DNA of 64,000 nt from an uncultured delta proteobacterium (lineage in GTDB: Bacteria > Myxococcota_A > Polyangia > Polyangiales > Polyangiaceae). Each line of letters starts with the position of its first letter. The stretch's first letter is position 1. The position numbers and the translations under genes are program-made. This document shows positions 1 through 9,331 of this stretch, piece after piece. The notes beneath the pieces are model-generated. The model worked only from the letters and a program-made list of their open reading frames with translations. It made no database searches and was not told the origin of the DNA. The stretch is taken from the NCBI GenBank assembly GCA_963806225.1, contig CAWDXG010000004.1, forward strand, positions 4,736,001 to 4,800,000, read 5' to 3'.

Positions 1-89
1 CGCAGGTCGGCGGCAAGGTCGCAGGTTGACTTTGAAGAGCACGCAGCGGCGACGGCGCCGCACAGCAAGACGAGCCACCAAGACGACAT
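1..89 (-). CDS. Putative lipoprotein, 5' part only (runs off window)
   Basis: Manual translation MSSWWLVLLCGAVAAACSSKSTCDLAADL...; lipobox AAAC; GGAGG just upstream of the ATG. Confidence 0.6.
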   Translation of the reverse strand, partial: MSSWWLVLLCGAVAAACSSKSTCDLAADL

Positions 90-233
90 CGAGCCTCCCA
101 ACGGCCTTGCGCTGCAAGGTCCGGGAAAAGTCTAGCAGATAGCAGAGCGCAGGCCGCCGTATCAGGCGCACGGTGTCGCCCCTGCGCGCCTTGCCTTCCA
201 GGTGCCGGCAGATTCCGTAGAGTAGAAGGCAGG

Positions 234-524
234 ATGTCGACGCGGATTGCCTTTGCTCCGGGTGTAGCGAAAAGATCCTGTTCGCTGCTGGCGGTTTCCG
301 CGCTCGGACTTGTCGTGGCAATGGGCTGCGGCTCAACCTGCGTGAACGACGCGACGAACGGACTGAACAGCCAGGGTGTGTGCCGCTCCGCGTGGAACGG
401 ATTCGTCACGTGCGTCGGCCAGGTGGGCTCGGCGGGCGCCACGTGCAACAGCGGCGGCGCGCATACCGTCCAGGGCGAGTGCAGCGGGCTGGCTCCGTTC
501 CTGATCCTTTGCCCGAGCCCCTGA
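234..524 (+). CDS. Small Cys-rich putative lipoprotein
   Basis: Hydrophobic stretch ending VAMGC, followed by 6 further Cys; start may be downstream. Confidence 0.55.
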   Translation: MSTRIAFAPGVAKRSCSLLAVSALGLVVAMGCGSTCVNDATNGLNSQGVCRSAWNGFVTCVGQVGSAGATCNSGGAHTVQGECSGLAPFLILCPSP

Positions 525-550
525 CGTAGCTCGGCTCTGGCGCGCGCCGG

Positions 551-1894
551 CTACGCGCTTTCCAGTCGGAGCTTGCGGCTCACCTCGAGCTCGAAGAGGC
601 CGCGGCCGGTGCGGCGCATGGCGACGTGCGGGCAGCGCTCTTCAAGGCGCCGACGCAGCATGATGAGCCGCGTCTCGAGGTTGTCGTGCAGCGGCGGTAG
701 CCCGAGCCTCGGGTCGAGGCGGAGCTCGCGGTTGGAGAAGCTCCGGCGCTCGTCGTCCTCGTGCGCGCGGAGCAGCAGCCACAGGATGCGGCCGGCGACG
801 CCCTTGATGAGGTACTCGTTGTCGACGAAGACGCTGTCGTCCTCCGCGTAGTGGCGGATGCACAGATCCGGGCCTTCGCCGGTTCTTCCCTTCGAGGCGG
901 TCTCGCCGCGCTCGTCGCTCGCCGCAAGCTCGGCAAAGCGCGCCATGGAGCTTGCCAGCTGGTGGGCGATCACGCTGGTGAGCTCCCGGTCGACGCGGCC
1001 GAACGCGGCCGGCTTCGAGCTCTGCAGAACCAGCACACCGAGCAGTCGCCCCTCGGCGAGCAGCGGATGCACGAGCTGGCTCTCGGTCCGGCGCAGGCCG
1101 GGCAGGACAATCGCATGCGGTGGTGACCCATCGTCGCGTCCCTGGCTCCGCACCGTCTCGGCGAGGATGCGCTCCCGGCTCATGTTCGCTACGCATACGG
1201 GGACGCGCCGCTCGGCCGCCATGCCGATCAGCCCGTCGCCGATCCTGAGCTCGGCGCCGACGCCCGAGGGCGAGTAGCCTCGGCTCGCGATGGAGAAGAG
1301 TATCCGCTCCGCTTCGTCTGCCGCCATGACGAAGGCGTGCGGGTAGCCGAGCCCCTCGTCGAGCTCCGCGAGCGTTCGTCCGAGGAGCGTCTCGAGGTCC
1401 GGGCAGCCTGCCAGCGCGGCGCTGCAGCGGGCGAGCGCCGAGATGCAGTCGGCAGAAGGCGCAGACAGGGAGGCAGTGACGCCGTTGTCGAAGCGCCGGC
1501 ACTCGGTCACGCGGTAGATGTCGGCTCCCCTGAGCTTGAACGACCCCTCCATGCCCGTTTGCGAGGCGATGGCCGCGAGACCCGCGGCCAGCTGATCGAA
1601 GGTATCGCCCTCCGTCTCGGTCCGGACGAACTGGAGGCGCAGGCGGTATTCGATGGCCGTGGCGGGGTCGATGACGAGCAGGCGTGCGCGTGGGTTCTCC
1701 TCGAGGTTCTGTTTCGTCTTGCGGAAGTACTGGAACGAGAGCGCGACGTGCTCGTCGTCCACCCGGCGGACGAGCGACAAGAAGCTGATGTTCGGGATTC
1801 CGCTCGCCGAGGCGGTGCACAGCGTGGCGGGGACGCCGCCCTCGAAGCAGCCGTCGAGAATCCGGAGCGGGACGTCGAAGATGTCGGCGTTCAC
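551..1894 (-). CDS. Pyridoxamine-5'-phosphate-oxidase-like (FMN-binding) + GAF + C-terminal winged-helix putative regulator
   Basis: N-term TLCTASASGIPNISFLS...RKTKQNLEENP (PNPOx-like); central GAF (GDGLIGMAAERR...GVLVLQS); C-term YLIKGVAGRILW...LETRLIMLRRRL; GTG start overlaps the upstream stop (GTGA). Confidence 0.8.
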   Translation of the reverse strand: MNADIFDVPLRILDGCFEGGVPATLCTASASGIPNISFLSLVRRVDDEHVALSFQYFRKTKQNLEENPRARLLVIDPATAIEYRLRLQFVRTETEGDTFDQLAAGLAAIASQTGMEGSFKLRGADIYRVTECRRFDNGVTASLSAPSADCISALARCSAALAGCPDLETLLGRTLAELDEGLGYPHAFVMAADEAERILFSIASRGYSPSGVGAELRIGDGLIGMAAERRVPVCVANMSRERILAETVRSQGRDDGSPPHAIVLPGLRRTESQLVHPLLAEGRLLGVLVLQSSKPAAFGRVDRELTSVIAHQLASSMARFAELAASDERGETASKGRTGEGPDLCIRHYAEDDSVFVDNEYLIKGVAGRILWLLLRAHEDDERRSFSNRELRLDPRLGLPPLHDNLETRLIMLRRRLEERCPHVAMRRTGRGLFELEVSRKLRLESA

Positions 1895-2364
1895 AGCGCG
1901 AGCCCCGCCTTGACTCCGGGCGCCTGGCAGAAGGCGGCGTCGATGGCGGCCACCACGAGCTGGCCCTCCCCCGGAAACCATGGGGCGAAGGTGCTCGGTT
2001 CCAGGCCCACCCGCGCCGCTTCCGCCAGGAACGCATCGAAATGATTCCGCGCGCGCCGCCAATCACCAGCACCCGGCTGACGGATCGCCGCGCAGCGGCC
2101 CTTGATCTGGTAGGCGTGGTAGTCGGTGGGCATCGAGAAGGTGAAGGCCACGGCCGGAGCCCGCTCCAGGTTGTCGAGCGAGCTCTGGCCCGCGGGCAGC
2201 GGCACCAGTACCGAGAGCTCGCCGCTTTCCGTGTTCCACGCTGGACCCCAGGCGCGGCAAATCTCGGGCTCGCCCGCTTCGCTCGCGGTCCCCACCACCA
2301 GTGCTACGCCTCGCCCGAGGAGTCGAACGACGGATTCTTCGAGCGCGAGAGCCCCCGGCGGCAT
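1891..2364 (-). CDS. Pyridoxamine-5'-phosphate-oxidase-family (split-barrel) protein
   Basis: VGTASEAGEPEICRAWG, SLDNLE, AYQIKG, FCQAPG motifs; translationally coupled to the downstream gene. Confidence 0.75.
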   Translation of the reverse strand: MPPGALALEESVVRLLGRGVALVVGTASEAGEPEICRAWGPAWNTESGELSVLVPLPAGQSSLDNLERAPAVAFTFSMPTDYHAYQIKGRCAAIRQPGAGDWRRARNHFDAFLAEAARVGLEPSTFAPWFPGEGQLVVAAIDAAFCQAPGVKAGLAL

Positions 2365-2522
2365 CGTGCCGGAGCATAGCGCGCGGGACGCGCGGGCGCC
2401 GCGGAGGCAGCGTGCGCGCCGCCGCTTAGCAAACAAATAGGAGTCGCCTAGGGAACAAGTAGCAGCGGGTCTCCGGCGCGATCCGTAGGTTGATTGCCCA
2501 CCCACCCGAGGAGGAAGTCGAC

Positions 2523-3185
2523 ATGACCCAACCGCGCCACGACATGTACACCGCCGTCCACAAGGGGCTCCGCGCCCGGCTCTTCGACACCGCAGCGAAG
2601 CTCTCCGGCTGCGACTTTTCCGACGCGTTGGCCCGCGACGAGGTCCTCGCCCAGGTTCGCACCACGCTCGCGTTCCTGGACGAGCACGCCGGGCACGAGG
2701 ACCGCTTCGTGCAGCCTTGGCTGGCCGACGCGAATGTCGAGCTGGGCCGGCGCCTCGCCGACGCCCACCAGCGCGTCGAGCAGGGCGGCGCGCACGTGGA
2801 GAGCCTGGTCGCTGCGATCGCGGCGGCGGATGCTGACGTGGCGATGGGCCGCGGTCCCGAGCTGTGCCACGCGTTCAACACGCTCCTGTCGCAGCACGTC
2901 GAGCACATGAACGAGGAAGAGACCCTCGCCAACGCGGCCCTGTGGCAGGCCTATTCCGACGAGAAGTTGCTGGAGGTGCATGGCGCGCTGCTCGGTTCCA
3001 TCGCGCCGCCGCGCTTCACCGAGTGGATGGCGCTGATGCTACCCGCTCTCAACCACCAGGAGCGCGTCGGCATGTTCGCTGGCATGAAGCAGGACGCCCC
3101 GCCCGAGGTGTTCCAGTCGATGATGGGCCTCGGCCGCCAGGTTGTCGGCGAGCCCTGGGGCGCCGTGGAAGCCGCGCTGGCCTGA
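2523..3185 (+). CDS. Hemerythrin (HHE) domain protein
   Basis: HKGLR, HAGHED, H, HMNEEE iron-ligand pattern; strong SD GAGGAGG. Confidence 0.85.
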   Translation: MTQPRHDMYTAVHKGLRARLFDTAAKLSGCDFSDALARDEVLAQVRTTLAFLDEHAGHEDRFVQPWLADANVELGRRLADAHQRVEQGGAHVESLVAAIAAADADVAMGRGPELCHAFNTLLSQHVEHMNEEETLANAALWQAYSDEKLLEVHGALLGSIAPPRFTEWMALMLPALNHQERVGMFAGMKQDAPPEVFQSMMGLGRQVVGEPWGAVEAALA

Positions 3186-3186
3186 G

Positions 3187-3762
3187 CTAGCCGGCGGCCT
3201 GCTCGACGCGCTTGTGCAGGTAGGCGACCAGCGCTAGCGCGACTTCGATGAACTCGAGCGCGCTGTCGGTCGAGACCCGGAGCCCGGGCGCGTGCGCGAC
3301 CTTGTTCCGGAGGCGGCGCAGGTCGTCGAAGATCTGGACCTTCTCCGGTTGTACAAGGTCTGATCGCGCCAGCTGCTCCTGGATCGTCTTGTAGGGAGTG
3401 GCCGTGTCCGTATCGACCGCGGAACCCCGCGCGTCGACCAGCAGCAGCGCTGCCCGTTCGACCTCGCGCCACGCGGCGAGGACCGCGGCGTTCGGCGACA
3501 CAGCCAGCAGATCCACCAGTCGATCTTCCAGACCCGGAGCCGGGGTGGCCGGCGCGGTGGCCGCCGGCAGGGCGGTCGCCGCCTTGTCGTGCAGCTCGCC
3601 GATCTCGCGCCCGAACTCGACCTCGAGCTCGCCGTACTTCACGCTGCTGGTCCGTGGCAGGAGGTTGGCCAGGGGCTTCTTCAGCAGCAAAACGGACGCG
3701 ATCACCGACGCCGGCCAGGCCAGCGCTTTGATGACTTCCGCTGCGAACGTCAGCCCATCCAT
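3187..3762 (-). CDS. Hypothetical protein, N-terminal membrane helix, C-terminal HEPN/DUF4145-like region
   Basis: ALAWPASV TM segment; LRRLRNKVAH (R-x4-H); SD-like GGAAGGGAG. Confidence 0.65.
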   Translation of the reverse strand: MDGLTFAAEVIKALAWPASVIASVLLLKKPLANLLPRTSSVKYGELEVEFGREIGELHDKAATALPAATAPATPAPGLEDRLVDLLAVSPNAAVLAAWREVERAALLLVDARGSAVDTDTATPYKTIQEQLARSDLVQPEKVQIFDDLRRLRNKVAHAPGLRVSTDSALEFIEVALALVAYLHKRVEQAAG

Positions 3763-3899
3763 TCCGCTCCGCTCCCTTCCTCGTCTGCCGGCCGTCCCTC
3801 TTGACGGTCGGCATCATATCCGGTCCGGCCGCGCCGGTGTCCTGGAAGGTGTCGAGCGGCGGGCGTTCCCGGCCGCGCTGCTTTCGCCGACGCGCTACG

Positions 3900-4814
3900 A
3901 TGCGCGCCATCATGGGCGATTTCCGCATCGAGGCTCCGGTCGAATCGTTCGACGTGCGCTCGGCCGATGGCTTGACCATTCGCGCGCACAAGGCCGGCCG
4001 CGGGCCGCACCACTGGTTGATTCCGCCTGGTCTCGGTACGCCGCTGCTCTGCTGGAAGCACATCTTCGAGCATTTCGGCGACCGGATGACGATGGTGACG
4101 TGGGATCAGCGTGGCTGCTACGGCTCCGGCATGCCGAAGCGCCGCGGCGATCTGGCCTTCGATCGTCACGTGGAGGACGGCCTGGCCGTGATCGACGAGC
4201 TCGGCTGGAACGAGCCCTTCGTCACCGGCAGCTGGAGCATGGGTGTGCAGCTCGGCCTCGCGCTGTACGAGCGGATACCGAAGCGCATCCGCGCGCTCAC
4301 GCTCATCAACGGCGCGTTCGAGAACGTGCTGAAGACGGCGTACGGCCCGTCGCTCACGGCGCCCCTGTTCCGCATCGCCCTCGACGGCACCGTGCTCGCG
4401 TCGCCCGTGCTCACGCCGCTCGCGCGCAAGCTGCTCCGCTCAGGGCGCATCGGCACAGTGATGGATCGCCTTGCGGTGATCACCGCCAACGCCGCCTTCG
4501 TCACCGCCGTTACCCACGAGCTCGCGAGCCTCGACATAGGCACCTACTTCGCCATCCTGCGCGAGCTCGATCGCCACTCGTGCGACCACGTCGTCGACCA
4601 GGTGCAAGTGCCGACGCTGATCACCGCCGGCACAAAGGATGTCGCGACGCCCCCCAGCGTGATGCAGCGCCTGCACCGCCGTATCGCGAAGAGCGACTAC
4701 GTCCTCGTCGAGCGCGGCACGCACTACACGCCGCTCGAGTATCCGGACCAACTGAACGAGGCGCTGGAGCGGTTCTTCGCGCAGCGGGTGTACGGGGAGA
4801 GCTTCGCGCGGTGA
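3900..4814 (+). CDS. Alpha/beta hydrolase
   Basis: PGLG oxyanion loop, WDQRGCYGS, SWSMG nucleophile elbow, TAGTKD Asp, GTHY His. Confidence 0.9.
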   Translation: MRAIMGDFRIEAPVESFDVRSADGLTIRAHKAGRGPHHWLIPPGLGTPLLCWKHIFEHFGDRMTMVTWDQRGCYGSGMPKRRGDLAFDRHVEDGLAVIDELGWNEPFVTGSWSMGVQLGLALYERIPKRIRALTLINGAFENVLKTAYGPSLTAPLFRIALDGTVLASPVLTPLARKLLRSGRIGTVMDRLAVITANAAFVTAVTHELASLDIGTYFAILRELDRHSCDHVVDQVQVPTLITAGTKDVATPPSVMQRLHRRIAKSDYVLVERGTHYTPLEYPDQLNEALERFFAQRVYGESFAR

Positions 4815-4905
4815 TCCCGCGGCATGTCACGCCGGACCCTGGCACGTTCGTATCGCTGCACGACACCGGCGCGCACGTCGGCGGCGTCGGCGCGCGGTGG
4901 GCTGC

Positions 4906-6471
4906 CTACGCGGGCTTCTTGATGTAGAGCTTCACGTTCCGATCGGAGAGCTGGCCGGTGCCGTCGGTGCCCCAGCCCGACACGTAGTCCAGGATCGCCA
5001 GCTTCCGCCCTTGCTCCGAAACCGCGTCGCCTTCGGTTGAAAACTCCAGCCCGACCAGCTGGGCCGACAGGTAGCCGTTGTCCTCGTCGTTTATCTCGAT
5101 GACGCGCATCTGGTTCGGGAATTCGACCAGCGAGGAGGTCTGCACCTCCCAGAACCCCTGCGTCGGGTCGGGGCCGATCCAGCTGACAATGTTGCGGTGG
5201 GTGTGCCCGGTGATCGCGAAGACGATGTTGGTGTACGACAGAAACAGCGCTTGCACGTCCGTCAGCGCCATTGCGTCGGCCTTGTCCGCGGCGGTGCCGC
5301 TGGAGCCATCGCCGATCGAACCCAGCGGATGATGCGACACCAGGACGACCCACTTGCCGTCGGCCTTGGCCTTGTCGAGGGCGGGCTTCAGGTACGCGTT
5401 CACGTCGCTCTTGCGGACGATGCCGTCGGCTCCGCCCCCTTCGCAGGCGGTGTCGTACGCGATGAAGCGGAGGTTCGTGCCGTCGATGTCCATCACGTAG
5501 TCGGACTTGCCCTTGAGCTGCGTGTTGTGAAGCCCGTGGGAGTCGGCGTCGGCGGCGACGAGAGCGAGCATCTCGTCGCGTTTCAGCGGCTGACGTTCGG
5601 GATCGGGGACGACCGTGCCCTTGACGACCACGCCACCGGGCTCCGACCAGTCCGTCGTGCCGCCCTTCGAGTCGTCGCCCATGGCGTTCTGGACCGCCTG
5701 GTCGGTGATGGCGCTGATGCCCATGACGAGCGTGTCGTGGTTGCCCGTGGAAAACAGCCACGGCATGGCGAGGCCGTTCGGGACGAACGGATCCTTCGGG
5801 TCGTTGCCTGGACCGCGCACCGGATCGTTCGCCTTGCCCGAGTCGCAGGTCACGGTCCCCGTGCCCGATAGAACGCCGAGCGCCCACGTCATCTCGTTCT
5901 TCTGCGCCGAGTCCGTCAGGTCGCCGCCGACCAGCGCGAAGTCCACGGGATCGGCTGCGTGCAGCGCGTTGATCGAACGCACCGCGGCGTTCAGGATCCA
6001 CCCCATGTAGGCCTGCTGAGGCCGCGCGGAACCATCGAACGGAGGCCCGCCGTCGAACGATTCGAGTCGCGCCGGCGACTCGTCGTCGGCGACATGGATG
6101 TCGGTGAGGTGGACGAAGCGCACCAGCCGAGCGGCGTTCTTGCCCGAAGCCAGCGCTGCCGAGCCGTCCGGCATGCGCGCCACGACAGGCTCGCCGGCGC
6201 CGAAGCTGTACTCGCCGAAGCCGTCGGCGAGCATCGACTTCCGATCGGCAGGCACGAGCGGGCTGCGAGCGTCGAGGGCGGACGCTCGCACCTTGGTGGG
6301 CACGATCGTGCGGTCGGTTGTCAGCTTGACGCTGCCCAGCGGCGGCAGCGACGTCGGAGTGCGTTTCGCGGCGGCTGCGTCCTTGGAAGAGCAGCCGAGC
6401 ACCACCGCGCCCCCCGCCGCGCCCAGCCATATGGTGAAGGTTCGTCGACCGATCAGGGGCAAATGGGCCAT
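4906..6471 (-). CDS. Tat-exported lipoprotein metallophosphoesterase
   Basis: GRRTF twin-arginine + VLGC lipobox; DIH, GGDLTD, GNHD, SHHP, GHTH motifs. Confidence 0.88.
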   Translation of the reverse strand: MAHLPLIGRRTFTIWLGAAGGAVVLGCSSKDAAAAKRTPTSLPPLGSVKLTTDRTIVPTKVRASALDARSPLVPADRKSMLADGFGEYSFGAGEPVVARMPDGSAALASGKNAARLVRFVHLTDIHVADDESPARLESFDGGPPFDGSARPQQAYMGWILNAAVRSINALHAADPVDFALVGGDLTDSAQKNEMTWALGVLSGTGTVTCDSGKANDPVRGPGNDPKDPFVPNGLAMPWLFSTGNHDTLVMGISAITDQAVQNAMGDDSKGGTTDWSEPGGVVVKGTVVPDPERQPLKRDEMLALVAADADSHGLHNTQLKGKSDYVMDIDGTNLRFIAYDTACEGGGADGIVRKSDVNAYLKPALDKAKADGKWVVLVSHHPLGSIGDGSSGTAADKADAMALTDVQALFLSYTNIVFAITGHTHRNIVSWIGPDPTQGFWEVQTSSLVEFPNQMRVIEINDEDNGYLSAQLVGLEFSTEGDAVSEQGRKLAILDYVSGWGTDGTGQLSDRNVKLYIKKPA

Positions 6472-6671
6472 AGGAGGCAATCATATGACAGATTGGCGCG
6501 GTCGTGATGACGTGAATCGCGGCGTCGCCGGCGCGGTCTGGCCGAGCCAGCGCTGGCCGACATCCTCGGCACAACGGCGCGGGAGTTCTTCGGGATCGGG
6601 TAGGGCAGCGACGCTCGTACGGGCGCGTCCGCGACACTGGGATCCCATCGATATCACCTGGTCGTGATCCC

Positions 6672-6687
6672 CGGCACGGCACTTGCG
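6672..6687 (+). promoter_or_regulatory. Putative sigma-54 (-24/-12) promoter of the radical SAM gene
   Basis: CGGCACG-GCAC-TTGCG matches TGGCACG-N4-TTGC with exact GG-N10-GC spacing, about 160 nt upstream of the ATG at 6846. Confidence 0.6.
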
Positions 6688-6845
6688 AAGCGCATCGACG
6701 TTGCATGCGAAGAGTCGTTTCCCGCGAGAGCGCGAGCACATCCGCGGCACAGCTGTGCCATGCTCGGGCGGATCGATCAGGCCCGGACGGGGAGCTTGAC
6801 GGATATCAATATTCCGTACTGGTGGTGCGGAGACTGGGAGGAACC

Positions 6846-9089
6846 ATGCGAGTCGTTCTTGTTGGCGCAGACATGGAGGAGAACCTGGGCCTTTGCATGA
6901 TCTCCGCGGCCGCGGCGGGAGCGCGCCATGACGTGCGCGTCGTCGGATTCAACGAGCGGGGAGAGATCGACGCCCTCGTGCAGAAGCTGCTGTCGCTCAA
7001 GCCGGCGGTCGTCGGTCTGGGTATCCAGTTCCAGCACCGGGCACACGAGTTCCTGAGCCTCTCGCGCCGGCTGCGCGCGGCGGGATTCAGCGGCCACATC
7101 ACTGCGGGCGGCCAGTGGCCGACCATGGCCTGGCGCGAGGCGCTCGGCCCGAATACGGGTCTCGACTCGGTTGTGCTGCACGAAGGCGAGCAGACGATCG
7201 TGGAGCTGCTGGAAGCGCTCGGCGCCCGGACGGATCTCGAAGGCGTCGCCGGACTCGCGCTTAGAGGCGCGAACGGACAGCCGATGCAGACGGCGCCGCG
7301 TTCGCTCGAAAATGATCTCGATTCGCTGCCCTTTGCGCGGCGCTACCGCCGCCACACCTCGCACGTTGGTGTGCCGTTCATTCCCATGAGCGGCAGCCGC
7401 GGTTGCTGGGGAGCGTGTTCCTTCTGCGCCATCACCACGGCCTCGCGCGATGCCAAGGCACGCGGCGCAGAGGGCGCGAAGTTCCGGCGCCGCTCGCCAG
7501 AGAACGTGGCCGCCGAGATGGCCGGGCTCTGGCACGCGGCCGGCCGCAAATCTGCTGTGTTCTGCTTCCACGACGACAATTTCCTGATGCCCCGCCCGGA
7601 AGACACGCTCAGCCGGGTGACGGAGATGCGTCGGCATCTGGACGAGTTCGGAGTCGGCAAGGCCGCGCTCGTCGGCAAGTGCCGGCCCGACACCGTGACT
7701 CCGGAGCTCGCGCGCGAGCTCGCCAAGCTCGGCGTGGTGCGGCTCTACGTCGGCGTGGAGAACGCGTCGCAGGCCTCGGCCGATCACCTGAACCGCAAGA
7801 CGCAGACGCAGACGGTGGGCCAGGCGCTCGCAGCGATGCGCGAGGCGGGTATCTTCACTTGCTATAACCTCCTGATCTTCGAGCCCGACGCCACGCTCGA
7901 CGACGTGCGCCGGAACATCGAGTTCATCAAGAACCACCCCGAGCACCCGGTGAATTTCTGTCGCGTCGAGCCGTACCACGGCACGCCGCTGCACCAATTG
8001 CTGGAATCGCGCGGGATCCTGACGGGAAGCCACCTCGGTTGGGACTACCGCATCGCCGACGACCGCACCGAGCTCATGTATCGCATCTGCTCGGCAGCCT
8101 TCCGCGAGCGGAACTTCGCTGCCTGGGGCGTGGCCAACCGCTACATGGGACTCGGCTACTCCGCCAAGCTGCTGGAGTATTTCTACGACGACCAGCGGCT
8201 TGCAGTTGCGGCGCTGTCGCGCCGAGCGGCGGACCTCACGCGTGAAATCGCGCTCGAGAACGCCGAGCTGCTCGGGCGCGCGCTCGAGATCGCCGAGACC
8301 GCCGACCTCGCCGACGAGGACCTGATCCTCAAGAAGACGGCGCTTCTGGGGCTCGAGATCTCCGCGCTCGATCGCGTGCGCCACGCGCAGATCGACGACC
8401 TCAACGAGGACATGCGGGCGCTGGCGCGGCGCGCGGGCGCGCGCAAGGGCGGCGGCGCTCCCACGCGGCGGCTGCGTCAGGCGCTGCAGGGCGTCGCGAT
8501 GCTCGGCGCGGTCAGCGTGGGCACCGTGGGCTGCGGAGGCTCGACCAGCACGAATCACCCCAGCGTCGACGCTGCCCACGACGTGAAGGAAGAGCCGACT
8601 GTGTACGACGCGCTGCCGTACGACGGCGGCAAGGACGTGTCGGAAGACGCGACGGTGTACGACGCGCTGCCCTACGACGCGGGCACCGACGCATCCGACG
8701 CATCCGACGCGGCGCCGGACACGACGGTCGTCGACCAGGCGCCGCCGGACGGCGGTTTCGACGGCGGCTCGGCCAGGACCGATCCGCCTGCCGCCGACCA
8801 CTGGCGCGACACCTCGCCGCGCCGTGCACTGCGCACGCGCGATCTGCCGCTCTACGCTCCGCCCACGTTCAGCCTCGCATCGGAGCGCGCCGGAGATCGC
8901 GTGCGGGTGCGCATGGAGGGCGGCCCCGAGAATGTCACCACGCGCTGGGAAGCGTCGGGACAGGTCATCGGAGAAGGGCGCGAGGTCGAGTGGGTGCCCG
9001 ACTCCGAAGACGACCAGATCCGCCTCGCCGTCCGCGCGAAGGGCGGCATCGCGGTCGTCTCGCTCCGCGTCTCGGAAGTCGAGAGCTGA
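6846..9089 (+). CDS. B12-binding radical SAM protein with fused C-terminal lipobox-like segment, peptide repeats and small beta domain
   Basis: N-terminal cobalamin-binding domain (HITAGGQWPT, VVLHEGE); SRGCWGACSFC CxxxCxxC; FHDDNF, YVGVEN; SD GGGAGG. Confidence 0.9.
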   Translation: MRVVLVGADMEENLGLCMISAAAAGARHDVRVVGFNERGEIDALVQKLLSLKPAVVGLGIQFQHRAHEFLSLSRRLRAAGFSGHITAGGQWPTMAWREALGPNTGLDSVVLHEGEQTIVELLEALGARTDLEGVAGLALRGANGQPMQTAPRSLENDLDSLPFARRYRRHTSHVGVPFIPMSGSRGCWGACSFCAITTASRDAKARGAEGAKFRRRSPENVAAEMAGLWHAAGRKSAVFCFHDDNFLMPRPEDTLSRVTEMRRHLDEFGVGKAALVGKCRPDTVTPELARELAKLGVVRLYVGVENASQASADHLNRKTQTQTVGQALAAMREAGIFTCYNLLIFEPDATLDDVRRNIEFIKNHPEHPVNFCRVEPYHGTPLHQLLESRGILTGSHLGWDYRIADDRTELMYRICSAAFRERNFAAWGVANRYMGLGYSAKLLEYFYDDQRLAVAALSRRAADLTREIALENAELLGRALEIAETADLADEDLILKKTALLGLEISALDRVRHAQIDDLNEDMRALARRAGARKGGGAPTRRLRQALQGVAMLGAVSVGTVGCGGSTSTNHPSVDAAHDVKEEPTVYDALPYDGGKDVSEDATVYDALPYDAGTDASDASDAAPDTTVVDQAPPDGGFDGGSARTDPPAADHWRDTSPRRALRTRDLPLYAPPTFSLASERAGDRVRVRMEGGPENVTTRWEASGQVIGEGREVEWVPDSEDDQIRLAVRAKGGIAVVSLRVSEVES

Positions 9090-9331
9090 GCGCGCGGTAG
9101 CTCGAAGCCCCGGGCAACGCCGCGGGCAATGTGGGACAGGACGTTGCATCCCGTCGCCTTGGACAACGGAGCGTTTCGAGTCCCGGAAGTTCGCGTCAAG
9201 AAGCGGTCCATTGCCGAGTAGCAAGCGCCGCCGCGAATTGACGTGCCCGCCTTCTGCGTGCAGAGTGCAAGGCTCTGCGCGGCAGGTGCGGAACGCACCG
9301 ACAAGCTGGGGGACAGTGGAACCCACAAACA

